Below, in pieces: positions 37,501 to 47,796 of a DNA stretch of 64,000 nt (positions are counted from its first letter, which is position 1; every line of letters begins with the position of its first letter). Location: contig CAVVLJ010000020.1 in assembly GCA_963749075.1 (NCBI GenBank), positions 768,001 through 832,000 of the forward strand, in the 5' to 3' direction. The stretch comes from an uncultured Pseudomonadota bacterium (GTDB lineage Bacteria > Pseudomonadota > Alphaproteobacteria > JACZXZ01). The notes beneath the pieces are model-generated. The model searched no databases and was not told where the DNA came from. It saw only the letters and a program-made list of their open reading frames with translations. The position numbers were made by a program, and so were the translations under genes.

Positions 37501-39570
37501 ATGCCTTTCGCAAAATCCGCCGGTCGCGACCCCGGGATATTCTTTATCATTGGTCTCGCCCTATTGGTTGTAGGGGCGGTGCTTGCGGCCACGCCGCCGA
37601 ACGACGCGACCGGAAGACTTATTGCATATTTGGCGGCATATGGGCTTTGTGCGCCCATGGCCGGGGCCTTGTCCCTTTGGGCGTTGAGGCGTGGCCTCTA
37701 TCGTCAGTGGTCGGGTCTCGTGTCGATTTTCTGCATCCTTGCCGCGCTCGCTTTCATTGCGCTAGCTGCCGCGGCTGACTTCTCGATAATGTGGAAGACA
37801 AATGCGGCGATATTCGCGAGGGGTGCGGCTTTTGGTTTCATCCTGATCGTGGGGATACTGCTTGAGGCGCGCGCGTCGCCGAAGCTATGGCCGATTGTCA
37901 TTCCCGTTCGGATTTTCGCGGTTGGCGTCATCATCTTGGCGATTGTCACAACGGCATTAGTGCAGTCGGGCGTCAATGGCAGCCTCGACTGGATCACGAC
38001 CCTCGGTGTATCTATCGGACCGGCACTCCGGGTTATGAACGGTGGCGTACCTCTGGTCGATGCATTCAGCATATACGGCCTTGGGTATTTTCTTGTGTTT
38101 GCGGCGGCCTTCTCGACGATCGTTGCACCGTCATTTCCTTCGGCCGCGTTCGTGGTGTCGCTGGCAAACGCCACCTATGTGATGGTCGCCGCCGTCATCA
38201 TGATGCGGTGCGTTCGCAGCCTCGTGTTGACCGCTGCGGCTATTGTATTGATCACCGTCGCGATCGTGCCGCAGTGGCTGGGACTTCCCCCGGCTGGCGG
38301 CTTGCGCTTCCTACCCCCATTGCTTGTGGCGTTGGGCCTTACCTTTCAACCGCTCGAACGGCGGATATCTCTGCTATCGTTGCTGCCGCTGTTGATTGCC
38401 GGATTTTGGAGCATCGAGGCGTTCGTCTGGAGCTTTCTCACCTTTTCCTGCGGGATCGGCGGCAGGCTTCTCTACGAGCGGGCGCGGCTTGCGGAATTCG
38501 TACGCTGCATTGGCGGTGCGGGGCTCATCGTGCTTGCGGCGCACGCGGTCTTCTCGATTGCGACTTACATCCTCGCAGGGCAGTGGCCGCGCTATGATAT
38601 CTACTTTGATCTGGTATGGGGCGCATACTCCGGCAACGCATGGGCCACGATTCCGTTCTCAATCGAGACTTGGGCTTGGGCTGCCGAGGGGGTGATCTAT
38701 TTCGTGGGTCTAGGCGTTGCAATCGCAAAAATTTTCGACGGGCGGTCAAGGGACGGCTCGGATTGTTTGATCGTACGGGCGATTCTTCCGGTCACCGTCG
38801 CAGGTTTACTCGGGATGTGGTACTGGGTTGGGCGCCCGTTCGCGTTCAACTTGTGGCCAACGGTCGTGCCGGCAGCAATAATTGCGACCGTCGCGGTCGA
38901 TCGTTTCTTCGCTCGATTTAGACACCGGCGAGCGCTGACATTGCTGGACTCGGTATCGATTTTCGCCGTTGGGAGCGCGCTGATCTTGCTCTCGGGCGTG
39001 GTGGGCGTGCGTGCCGGGCTCAGAGCAGGATTTTCCGAGCTGCTTTCAGGAAGCGTCAGCTTGAACGAGTATGCGCGCGAGAAGATTGAATATTTGCGGT
39101 CCCTGGAGAAGACGCCGATGGTCCCGGAGGCCTATGATCCGATCTCCTGGGATGCCTTCGAATTGGTGCGCAAGTATCAGCCGAACAAGAGGAAAGTCGC
39201 CTTATTCCTCAAATCTGGGCGTGACATTCCGGTTTACCTGCTCGCGAAGCAAAATGACGCTTTCGGAGTGAGCAGCTCGCTCGATTTTGAATCCCGAATC
39301 TGGAGTGCTAGTCTGTTAGCTCGGGCGCGGCATGCGGTTGCTCCTGGTACCTACGTCTTCATAGAGAATTCTTTCGCTGACTACTATCATGGGAGACGCC
39401 GCCCCGCACCGGACGAGAACTACGGCTACTCGGGAATCCAGTTTTTGTTTTATCCGGAGGTTCGGGATCGATACAATTTGTGCATTTTGGAGGAAAGCAA
39501 AAACGGCGTGCTCGCGACGGTGGCCAAGCTGAAGACCGACGGGTCTTGCTCAAGACCTTATGATCCCTGA
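37501..39570 (+). CDS. Polytopic membrane protein, GT-C-like, lower GC
   Basis: About 690 aa, many TM helices, GGVPLVDAFSIYG loop motif, C-terminal soluble domain. Visibly more A/T-ending codons than its neighbours. Confidence 0.75.
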   Translation: MPFAKSAGRDPGIFFIIGLALLVVGAVLAATPPNDATGRLIAYLAAYGLCAPMAGALSLWALRRGLYRQWSGLVSIFCILAALAFIALAAAADFSIMWKTNAAIFARGAAFGFILIVGILLEARASPKLWPIVIPVRIFAVGVIILAIVTTALVQSGVNGSLDWITTLGVSIGPALRVMNGGVPLVDAFSIYGLGYFLVFAAAFSTIVAPSFPSAAFVVSLANATYVMVAAVIMMRCVRSLVLTAAAIVLITVAIVPQWLGLPPAGGLRFLPPLLVALGLTFQPLERRISLLSLLPLLIAGFWSIEAFVWSFLTFSCGIGGRLLYERARLAEFVRCIGGAGLIVLAAHAVFSIATYILAGQWPRYDIYFDLVWGAYSGNAWATIPFSIETWAWAAEGVIYFVGLGVAIAKIFDGRSRDGSDCLIVRAILPVTVAGLLGMWYWVGRPFAFNLWPTVVPAAIIATVAVDRFFARFRHRRALTLLDSVSIFAVGSALILLSGVVGVRAGLRAGFSELLSGSVSLNEYAREKIEYLRSLEKTPMVPEAYDPISWDAFELVRKYQPNKRKVALFLKSGRDIPVYLLAKQNDAFGVSSSLDFESRIWSASLLARARHAVAPGTYVFIENSFADYYHGRRRPAPDENYGYSGIQFLFYPEVRDRYNLCILEESKNGVLATVAKLKTDGSCSRPYDP

Positions 39571-39623
39571 ACTGTTCATTCGTCTAGAGCTACAGCTCGC
39601 TCAGCTCGCAGGCGAGCGGCCGG

Positions 39624-39877
39624 CGCTCCCCGCCGCCTTAGCCATGCGCCGCTCTTTCCCCTCTCTCGGCCAGGCACAGGATCGAGACGCCGAAGGGCGG
39701 GTGCAGCCAGGGGGCCGTCCTCACGTCGAGGGAGAAGAGCGCGGAGAAGAGCGCATTGAGCGCCGGCGTATTGATCTGGGCCTCGCTCTCGAGCCGGATG
39801 CCGAGGGCCGCCATGACGCGCCGCGCCGCCCAGATCGGGGCGAACAGCAGGTAGTTGAAATGATACCCCCTGAGCGG
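39624..39877. repeat. 254-bp imperfect direct repeat, copy 2
   Basis: Matches 36457-36710. Confidence 0.85.
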
Positions 39878-40387
39878 GCCGAGGCCGCTCGCCGCGATGC
39901 GCGCGCGAAGCGGGCGCATGCGATAGCGCCGCTTGTGCCGCGCCACCTCGTCCTGCAGGCCCCAGAGCGAGGGGAACGCCGGCACGGTGATGAGCGCCTT
40001 GCCGCCCGGTGCGAGCACGCGCGCGATCTCGCGCAGCGCCAGCAGATCGTCGTCGACGTGCTCGATGATGTCGGTGGCCAGCACGAGATCGAAGCTCGCG
40101 TCCGCGAAGGGCAGCGCGCAGGCGTCGCCCTTCCTGACCGGCGCCAGGCCCTTGCCGGCGCAATAGCGGATCGCCTCCTCGCTGGCGTCGACCCCGATCA
40201 CGTCGCGGAAGCCGAGCTCGCGCAGCATGCGCAGGTTGGTCCCCGTGCTGGTGCCGATATCGAGGGTGCGCGCGCTCCGCGCAATGCCCGCGCGCAATAT
40301 CTCGCGCGCGAAGAGCGCGCGGCGGCCGACGAACCACCAGTGGCTCTCCTCGATCGCGGCCTCGACCTCGTAGACCGTGGCTTCCAT
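39638..40387 (-). CDS. Class I SAM methyltransferase
   Basis: EESHWWFVGRR, LDIGTSTG, TDIIEHVDDD, QDEVARHKRRY. Confidence 0.9.
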   Translation of the reverse strand: MEATVYEVEAAIEESHWWFVGRRALFAREILRAGIARSARTLDIGTSTGTNLRMLRELGFRDVIGVDASEEAIRYCAGKGLAPVRKGDACALPFADASFDLVLATDIIEHVDDDLLALREIARVLAPGGKALITVPAFPSLWGLQDEVARHKRRYRMRPLRARIAASGLGPLRGYHFNYLLFAPIWAARRVMAALGIRLESEAQINTPALNALFSALFSLDVRTAPWLHPPFGVSILCLAERGERAAHG

Positions 40388-40399
40388 GCCGCCCGCCGG

Positions 40400-42269
40400 C
40401 TAATGCACGTCGTTGAGAGCCGGCAGCAGGCTCTGGAAGCTCAGCCAGCTCCACAGGAAGAGGCGGTGGTCGCTGCGCCCGGCGCGATGGTCGCGCCAGC
40501 ACTGCTCGACCCAGCGCGTCTTGACGCCGGCGATGGGCGGCAAGGGCGGTGCCGCGGGCAGCGCCCGCAGCCATTTCGCGACCGGGATGCCGAAGCCCTT
40601 CTTGCGCCGCCGGAGCACCTCGCGCGGCAGGAGCGGTGCCACCGCCTTCTTGAGGAGATACTTGCGCTCGCCGTTGCGGTACTTGAAGCGTCCGGGCAGG
40701 CGCTGGCAGAAGGCGACGATGTCGTTGTCGAGGAAGACGGCGCGGCCCTCGAGCGAGGACATCATGCTGGCACGGTCCGACTTCGTCAGGATGTCGTCCT
40801 GCAGATAGAGGTTGGTGTAGAACTCGAGGGTGCGGTCGAGGACGCCGAGGCGCGGGTCGCGGTTCCACAGCGCGATCGCCTCCTCGAAGAGCTCCTCCGG
40901 CCGGATGGGCGCCTCGAAGAGATCGGCCATGGTATCGGGCTCGACCGAGCCGAGCCAGACCGCGTTCCACAGCGCGCGCGGATAGGAGAGGCCGGTGAGC
41001 CCGCGGCGGATCTTGAAGTCGAGGCTCATGTTGCGGGTGGAGGCGGGCAAAAGCTCGGCCAGGCGGCGGAAGCCCCGGTGGAGCGGCCGGGGCACGAGAT
41101 GCTCGTAGAGCTGCGCCGGCTGCAGCGCCTTGATGGGGTCGTAGCCGGCAAAGAGCTCGTCGCCGCCGTCGCCCGAGAGCGCTACCGTGACGCGGGTGCG
41201 CGCGAAGCGGCAGACGAGGTAGGTCGGCAGGATCGAGGCGTCGCCGAGCGGCTCGTCGAGGTGCCGGAGCACGCCCTCCATCATGCCTTGGGCCGCCGCG
41301 AGGTCGAGGATCTGCTCGTGATGGCGGGTGCGGAAGGCCGCCGCCACCGCGCGCGCCTGGGCCGATTCGTCGAACGACGGCTCGGTGAAGCCGATGGTGA
41401 AGGTCTCGATCTGCTCGGACGGCAGATGGTCGCTCACCGCGGCGAGCACGCTGCTCGAATCGATGCCGCCGCTCAGGAAGATGCCGAGCGGCACGTCGCT
41501 CATGAGGCGCCGCCGCGCCGCCTGGAGGAGGAGGTGGCGCAGCTCCTCCGCGAGGCCCGCCTCGGCGTCGTCGCCCAGGCTCTCGTCGGGCGTTATGGCG
41601 AATTGCCAGTAGCGGCCAACGCGCAGGCTCCCCGAGGCGATGTCGAAGGTGAGGTGGCAGCCGCCCGGCAGCTTGCGGCTGTGCTCGTAAAGGGCATTGG
41701 GCGCCGGCATGTAGCCGTAGGCGAAGAACTTCTGGAGCGCGCGGATGTCGATGCTGCGGCCGATCTCGGGGTGGCACAGCATGGCGCTCAGCTCGCTCGC
41801 GAAGGCGAAGAGGCCGGGCCGGTGGCTGTAGTAGAGCGGCTTCTCGCCGAAACGGTCGCGCGCGAGAAAAAGGCGCTGCCGCGGGCGGTCGTAGATGGCG
41901 AAGGCGAACATGCCGTTGAGGCGGAGCGGCAGATCGGCGCCCCATTCCTCGTAGCCGTGCACCAGCACCTCGGTGTCCGAGTGGTCGGAGCGGAAACGGT
42001 GCCCCTTCTCCTCGAGGAGCGCCCTCAGCTCGAGGTGATTGTAGATCTCGCCGTTCTGGATGACGCAGACGCTCTGCGTCCTCGTTCCACATCGGCTGCG
42101 CGCCGCCCGCGAGATCCACGATGGCGAGCCGCCGGTGGCCGAGATGGAGGCGTCTCGCCTCGTCGATGAAGTGCGCCTCGCCGTCCGGCCCGCGGTGGGC
42201 CAAGGCCGCCGTCATGGCGCCGAGATCGTCACGGTCCCCGGGACCCACGAAGCCGACGATGCCGCACAT
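40400..42269 (-). CDS. asnB: Asparagine synthase (glutamine-hydrolysing)-like amidotransferase (apparent +1 frameshift near 42075)
   Basis: MCGIVG, HRGPDG, HRRLAIVDL..GAQPM, then NGEIYNH, ARDRFGEKPLYY, FLSGGIDSS, LSGDGGDELFAGY and KKGF in another frame. Confidence 0.9.
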
Positions 42270-43273
42270 CAGTCCTTGCTTCCGAAGTTGACGAGCTCGC
42301 GCACCAGATAGGCCCTGCGCTGCTGCGATTCGAAATAGGTCCTGATCAGGATCTCCGCCAGCAGTCCCATGAGGATGCTCATGACGCCGACCAGGAACGT
42401 CATGGTGACGACGAGGGGGAGCGGCGTCAGGATCATCGAGTACCCCTCAGCGAACTTGAGGTACAGCATATAGCATCCCGCGAGAAGCGACAAAAACAAC
42501 GAAATGAATCCGAAGCCGCCGAAGACATAGATCGGCTTGACGAAATAGTGCTGGAGGAACTTCACGACCATGAGGTCGAGGAGAACCTTGACGATGCGCC
42601 CGAGGCCGTATTTCGAGCGGCCGAAGCGGCGCGGGTGGTGCTTGACCGGCATCTCGACGACGCGGGCGCCCATCCAGCTCGCATAGATGGGAATGAAGCG
42701 GTGCATCTCGCCGTAGAGCCGCACGTCCTTCACCATCTCGCGGCGGTAGGCCTTGAGCGTGCAGCCGTAGTCCCTGAGCTTGACGCCGGAGACGAAGGAG
42801 ATGAAGGAATTGGCGATGCGGCTCACGAGCACGCGCCGGATCGCCGCGTCCTGCCTGTCCTTGCGCCAGCCGGAGACCACGTCATAGCCTTCCGCCAGCT
42901 TCTCGACGAGCAGGGGGATGTCGGCGGGGTCGTTCTGCAGGTCGGCGTCGAGCGAGACGATGATCTCGCCTTGCGAATGGTCGATGCCGGCCATGAGGGC
43001 CGCGGTCTGGCCGTAGTTGCGGCGGAAGTCGACGATCCTGAGCTGCGCATGCCGGCTCGTCTCGCTGCGCAGCGCCTCGAGCGAGCGGTCCGTGCTGCCG
43101 TCGTTCACGGCCACGACCTCGAAGCCGTAGGGCAGGCTCTCGAGGACCGCGAAGAGGCGCTCGGAGAGGAGGGGAACGTTCTCCTCCTCGTTGTAGACCG
43201 GGATGATGACCGAGAGACGCGGCGCGCCCCCTTCGCGCGCTGCCTCCATCGCCTTGAGGACCTCGACCTCCAT
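42269..43273 (-). CDS. ArnC/GtrB-like GT2 polyprenyl-phosphate glycosyltransferase
   Basis: VIIPVYNEE, NDGSTD, RNYGQTAA, DADLQNDP, DYGCTLKAY, two C-terminal TM helices. Confidence 0.92.
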   Translation of the reverse strand: MEVEVLKAMEAAREGGAPRLSVIIPVYNEEENVPLLSERLFAVLESLPYGFEVVAVNDGSTDRSLEALRSETSRHAQLRIVDFRRNYGQTAALMAGIDHSQGEIIVSLDADLQNDPADIPLLVEKLAEGYDVVSGWRKDRQDAAIRRVLVSRIANSFISFVSGVKLRDYGCTLKAYRREMVKDVRLYGEMHRFIPIYASWMGARVVEMPVKHHPRRFGRSKYGLGRIVKVLLDLMVVKFLQHYFVKPIYVFGGFGFISLFLSLLAGCYMLYLKFAEGYSMILTPLPLVVTMTFLVGVMSILMGLLAEILIRTYFESQQRRAYLVRELVNFGSKD

Positions 43274-43325
43274 TCAGGCACCCCCCGAGGATGCGTGCGG
43301 CGTGCGAGCGGCATTGCCGTGGCGC

Positions 43326-43354
43326 CTTATCCCGCCGATCGACGGAGCGGTCAA
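43326..43354 (-). promoter_or_regulatory. Putative sigma70 promoter of the GT2-asnB-methyltransferase operon
   Basis: Minus strand TTGACC-N17-GATAAG. Confidence 0.5.
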
Positions 43355-43477
43355 TAGTCCCGATTCCGGGCGCCGCCGCGCGCTCGGGCCGGTCCTGCCG
43401 GCCGCCGCCGATCGCCGCTCCACTTCTATGGCGGCCTCGGGCGCCGCGGCCGGCCGCTCGGGCCGCCGTCCGGGCGT

Positions 43478-43525
43478 CGCGGTTGAGGTGCCGGCCTCCG
43501 CTCTGTTAGGTTGAGCGCAATGCCG
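43478..43525 (+). promoter_or_regulatory. 48-bp promoter-like element, copy 2
   Basis: 44/48 identical to 29637-29684. Confidence 0.7.
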
Positions 43526-43612
43526 TCGATCGCGGCCCGGCGATGTGCGGCAGGCGATCGATTTGGACGGTGCAACCACGTTCGACGAAACGCCCGGCAT
43601 TCTAGTCATCGG

Positions 43613-45214
43613 ATGAAGATCATGCACATTCCGCGCTTCGCGAGCGGCGCTGCGAGCCGGCGCAACGGCCTGTTGATCGCGCTCGCGGCGGTGCTCATCG
43701 CGCTGACGTTTTTCGAGGGCGTGCGAGCCGGCGCCGACAAGGTCTTGCCCGGACCCATGCAACGCCATCGGGACGCGATCGCGATCGCGCTCACGCTTCT
43801 GCAGTACGGCAAGTGGTTCGGCTACGCCAGCTACAAGAGCGTCAACCTGGCGCTCGACGCCAATGGCCTGAGCCTGCAGCCGGCGGAGGTGCGGCCGCTG
43901 GGGCTCGGCGGCTATATCGAGACGATGAGGCGTCCCGATATTCTGGACCATGCGATCGCCGTGGCTTCGTCGTTGAAGGATCCCGCCGGTCGGGGGCTCT
44001 ATTTTCTCGACGCCAACGAAAAAGGCATGGCGATTTACTACATCATTTCCTTCGTCATTTTCGGCCGGAACGTCGCGGGGTTTTTCTACACGTACATATT
44101 GCTGCTCTCGGTTTCCGCGGCGATCTTCGCGGCGACCTTCCGGCGGAGGACCGACGCACTGATGTTCCTGACGGCCGTCCTCGGCGCACAGTACGTGGCC
44201 GTCCTGGCCTGCCAGGATTTGGCGGGCAACGTCGGCGCCATCCACAGCTCGCGATTCCTGTCGGTCCTGACGATCCCGGGCATGTTCCAGCTCATGCTGC
44301 TCTCGCGCGAGCGAAGGCCGTTGCGGACTTGGGTGGCGCTTGGCGCTGCGGTGCAGGTGCTGCTCATGGTCCTCGTCCTCAATGCGCGGACGACCGAGGC
44401 CTGGGAATTCATCGCGGTATTCGCACTCGCGGGCGCGTTGGCGGCATGCCATCTCTTGCGCAGGAAGCGCGCGATCGCGTGGCCGGCGGTGTGGCCGAGC
44501 GGCCTTCTCGTCGCCGGATTGCTCGTCTTCCAGGTTCACCAGGCGACGGCTTTGAACAGGCATTATCTCGGGGCGCACGGCACGTCCGGCCACATCTTCT
44601 GGCACAACGTCGCGACGGCGCTCCACAACAACCCCCTGCGCACCGAGCGCTTCGGCATCCCGTCCGACCTGTCGCCCTTCGACGATCGCATCTCGTACTA
44701 CCTCTTCGAAAGAGAGATCGCCGCGCGCGGCCTGCCCTTGTCCGATTTCCTCCTCGATGACGGCGAGTGGAAGCTGCGCACGAGCGATCCGCGCTACGAC
44801 TACATATGGCCGCGCTACGATGCCGTGCTCGAGGACGTCGTGCTGCGCCAGATTGCCGAGCACCCGGCCTACGCTCTGCGCTCCTTCTTCGTCTATCAGC
44901 CGATCAGCGCCGCCCGGGCGCTCGCTGCCCTCGGCCTCGAGGAATGGCGGAAGGCGCCGCTTTGGCCCCTGCTGCTGCTCGCATTGGGGCCGCTCGCCGC
45001 TTCGCGCCGGGCGGGCGCGGGACACCCGCACCTCGGCCTGCCGGTCGCGATCGCGCTCATCTTTTCGTTCTTGCCCTCCTGCTTTGCGGCCGCAAGCGCG
45101 TTCCGGCTCATCGACTTCATGACGCTGCTGCTCGCCGCCTCGCTTGCGGCGGCGCTCCAAGCCGAAACCCGGCTTTTGCGCGGATTGTTGGGCGGCCGCC
45201 GGCGCGCGCCGTGA
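43613..45214 (+). CDS. Polytopic membrane protein with large periplasmic loops (GT-C-like)
   Basis: TM helix, large loop ending DANEKG, TM block, second loop (GHIFWH...FDDRISY), C-terminal TM helices. Start uncertain (43613 or 43622). Confidence 0.7.
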   Translation: MKIMHIPRFASGAASRRNGLLIALAAVLIALTFFEGVRAGADKVLPGPMQRHRDAIAIALTLLQYGKWFGYASYKSVNLALDANGLSLQPAEVRPLGLGGYIETMRRPDILDHAIAVASSLKDPAGRGLYFLDANEKGMAIYYIISFVIFGRNVAGFFYTYILLLSVSAAIFAATFRRRTDALMFLTAVLGAQYVAVLACQDLAGNVGAIHSSRFLSVLTIPGMFQLMLLSRERRPLRTWVALGAAVQVLLMVLVLNARTTEAWEFIAVFALAGALAACHLLRRKRAIAWPAVWPSGLLVAGLLVFQVHQATALNRHYLGAHGTSGHIFWHNVATALHNNPLRTERFGIPSDLSPFDDRISYYLFEREIAARGLPLSDFLLDDGEWKLRTSDPRYDYIWPRYDAVLEDVVLRQIAEHPAYALRSFFVYQPISAARALAALGLEEWRKAPLWPLLLLALGPLAASRRAGAGHPHLGLPVAIALIFSFLPSCFAAASAFRLIDFMTLLLAASLAAALQAETRLLRGLLGGRRRAP

Positions 45215-45253
45215 GCGCATCCGGCGGGCCGCGATCGGGCGAACCGGCGGCCG

Positions 45254-46084
45254 TCACGCGATCGGCCTGCGAAAGACGACGGTTTGCAGATAGGTGCGCC
45301 CGAGCAGCGCGCCCGTGGCGAAGAGGAGGGCGACGCCGGCACGCATCACGAGCGCGGCCGCACCCGAGGGCGCCGGCATGTCGATCGCGGCGAGCGGCGC
45401 GTTGTGGAGCATGGCGCCCTCGGGCCGCAAGCCTTCGTCCTCGAGGAGGCGCGACAGCGAGGCGCGGTTGAAATGGTGGAGGTGGTGCCGGCTATAGAGA
45501 CGATCGAAGGGCAGCGTCACGCCGAGGCGGCGCAGGAGACGCGCGGCCGCATAGAGCAGGCTGTCGTCGTTGAGGGTCATGACGATGACGAGTCCGCCCG
45601 GCCTCGCGAGGGCTTTCAGGCGCCGCGCGAAGCCGTGCGCGTCGAGCACATGCTCGATCGCGGCGAGGCTGACCACCACGGAGAACTGCCGCCCGACGTC
45701 GGTCGAGAGCGCGTCGCCGCGGATGAATTCGATCCCCGCCTGGGGCGCGTTCGTCATCAGATCGATGCCCGCGAGCGCCGCAGGCGCCGCCGGCTGGCCG
45801 GCGAGATAACGCAGCAGGTTGCCGTTGCCGCAGCCCACGTCGATGAGCGAGCGCGGCGCGGGCTCGCGCCCGAGGAGCCGTGCGATGCGCGCGAAGAGCT
45901 CGAGATCGGGGTGCGCGAACCAGTTGCGGTGGGTCTTCTCGAAATAGTCCGCATCGTACGGTTCCATGGCGAGGCCCGGCTTGAGCCGGCTGAAGCGGTG
46001 GCCGCAATCGGTGCAGCGGTAGAGCTCGACCTCCGGATGCCGGGCGTCCGGCCGCGATAAGCTTGCGCAGATCGGACAATTCAT
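45254..46084 (-). CDS. Class I SAM methyltransferase with N-terminal Zn-ribbon
   Basis: MNCPIC...RCTDCGHRF, LIDVGCGNG, AIEHV, HHLHHF. Confidence 0.88.
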   Translation of the reverse strand: MNCPICASLSRPDARHPEVELYRCTDCGHRFSRLKPGLAMEPYDADYFEKTHRNWFAHPDLELFARIARLLGREPAPRSLIDVGCGNGNLLRYLAGQPAAPAALAGIDLMTNAPQAGIEFIRGDALSTDVGRQFSVVVSLAAIEHVLDAHGFARRLKALARPGGLVIVMTLNDDSLLYAAARLLRRLGVTLPFDRLYSRHHLHHFNRASLSRLLEDEGLRPEGAMLHNAPLAAIDMPAPSGAAALVMRAGVALLFATGALLGRTYLQTVVFRRPIA

Positions 46085-46147
46085 GGTGTGGTACCGGCAC
46101 CCCGATTTGAGCGAGCCCGGCTCGCTGCTGCAACGGCAAGAGGCCAC

Positions 46148-46921
46148 ATGAAGGTCGTCATTCTCGCGGGCGGCTACGGGACCCGGATTGCGGAGGAAAC
46201 CGCACGCATTCCAAAGCCGATGATCGAAATCGGCGGCCGGCCGATCCTCTGGCACATCATGAAGATCTACGACCGCTTCGGCTACAAGGATTTCATCGTC
46301 GCTTGCGGCTACAAGGGCGCCGTGATCAAGGATTACTTCGACCGCTTCCAGGCGATCAACAGCGACTGGACGGTGAGGCTCTCCGACGGAAGGCGGCAGC
46401 CCGGTCCCGGTGCCGTGCCCGATTGGATCGTGGCGCCCGTCGACACCGGCCTCGACACCATGACGGCCGGGCGGCTCAAGCGCCTCGGCCAATGGATCGG
46501 CGGCGACACCTTTCTCGCCACTTACGGCGACGGCGTCGCGAACGTCGACATCGGCGAGCTCGTGGCCTTCCATCGCCGCCACGGCCGTCTCGCCACCGTG
46601 ACCGCCGTGCGCCCGCCCGCCCGCTTCGGCAGCCTCGATCTCGCCGGCGATCTGGTGAGCGAATTCTCCGAGAAGGCCCAGGGACGCGAGGGTTGGATCA
46701 ACGGCGGGTTCTTCGTTTTCGAGCGCGGGCTGCTCGACCGCATCGCGGGCGACGCGAGCTCGCTCGAGGACGACGTGCTCGGCGTGCTCGCGTCCGAGGG
46801 CCAGCTTGCCGCCTTCCGCCATGAGGGCTACTGGCACCCGATGGACACGCTCAGGGACCGCGACCATCTCGAGCGGCTGTGGCGCGCCGGCACGGCACCT
46901 TGGAAACTGTGGCCCGAGTGA
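46148..46921 (+). CDS. rfbF: Glucose-1-phosphate cytidylyltransferase
   Basis: MKVVILAGGYGTRIAEET..IPKPMIEIGGRPILWHIMKIY, TYGDGV, WINGGFF, WHPMDTLRD. Confidence 0.95.
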   Translation: MKVVILAGGYGTRIAEETARIPKPMIEIGGRPILWHIMKIYDRFGYKDFIVACGYKGAVIKDYFDRFQAINSDWTVRLSDGRRQPGPGAVPDWIVAPVDTGLDTMTAGRLKRLGQWIGGDTFLATYGDGVANVDIGELVAFHRRHGRLATVTAVRPPARFGSLDLAGDLVSEFSEKAQGREGWINGGFFVFERGLLDRIAGDASSLEDDVLGVLASEGQLAAFRHEGYWHPMDTLRDRDHLERLWRAGTAPWKLWPE

Positions 46922-47784
46922 AGCGGCGCCGGCGGATCATCCTCTTCGGCGCGGGCGGCCGGCTTGGCCGCGCAATTGCGGAGGCGGCAGCGCCGGTCGG
47001 CCGGCCCGTGGTGACGGTGGCGTGGTCCGAAGCCGCTCGCTGGGCAGCGTCCGACCAGAGGAGGATTCTCGCGCGCTTTGCCGCCGCCGGCGGCGAGGCC
47101 GATATCGTCTTCGCGGGCGGCATCACGGATCCCGGCGCAGCGGAAGCCGATCTTATGCGCGGCAACCTCGGGCTCCCGGCGTCGGTGATCGAGGCCTGCG
47201 CCGACGACCCGCGATACCGCTATTTGACGTTCGGCTCCGCGCTCGAGACGTTCGCCGGGCTCTCGGCAGGCAATCGCTATCTTGCTTCCAAGGCGGCCTT
47301 GTGGCGGCACCTGGAGACGCTGATGGCGGAGCCGCGGCTTGCCGGGCGGATCGCGCATTTGCGGCTGCACACGCTCTACGGGGGAACGCCGGCACCCCAC
47401 TCGTTCCTCGGACAGATTCACGAGAGCCTCAGGGCGCGCCGGATCTTTCGCATGAGCGAGGGCCGCCAGCTTCGCGAATATTGTCATGTCGCGGACGCGG
47501 CGCGCTCGGTGCTGGCACTCCTCTCCCGCGACTGGCGCGGTGAAGCGGTGCTGCATCTCAGCACGGGGACGCCGGTCGCGCTCCGCGAGGTCGCGATTGC
47601 GGTATTCCGCGCCTTCGGCCGCGAGGAGCTGCTCAGGCTTGCGGCGCTGCCGACGCCTGGGGGGGAGAACATGGACCTGCGTCTTCCGCGCTCGCCGGCC
47701 TGGCTCCTGGGACGCCCCCGCGCGCCCATTCCAGGCATCGTCGAATGGCTCTCGGACCTGCTCGGCGAGCCGCATGGCGGGTGA
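46918..47784 (+). CDS. NAD-dependent epimerase/dehydratase-family (NDP-4-keto sugar reductase-like) protein
   Basis: GTGA overlap with rfbF. GAGGRLG, YLASK, LRLHTLYG, GRQLREYCHVAD. Confidence 0.8.
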   Translation: MKRRRRIILFGAGGRLGRAIAEAAAPVGRPVVTVAWSEAARWAASDQRRILARFAAAGGEADIVFAGGITDPGAAEADLMRGNLGLPASVIEACADDPRYRYLTFGSALETFAGLSAGNRYLASKAALWRHLETLMAEPRLAGRIAHLRLHTLYGGTPAPHSFLGQIHESLRARRIFRMSEGRQLREYCHVADAARSVLALLSRDWRGEAVLHLSTGTPVALREVAIAVFRAFGREELLRLAALPTPGGENMDLRLPRSPAWLLGRPRAPIPGIVEWLSDLLGEPHGG

Positions 47785-47796
47785 CGGCGGGCGGGC

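Noticed and set aside
36710-39624. IS element or transposon
   Set aside because: No transposase or integrase, no terminal inverted repeats and no short target duplication were seen. It is reported only as a repeat-flanked insert.
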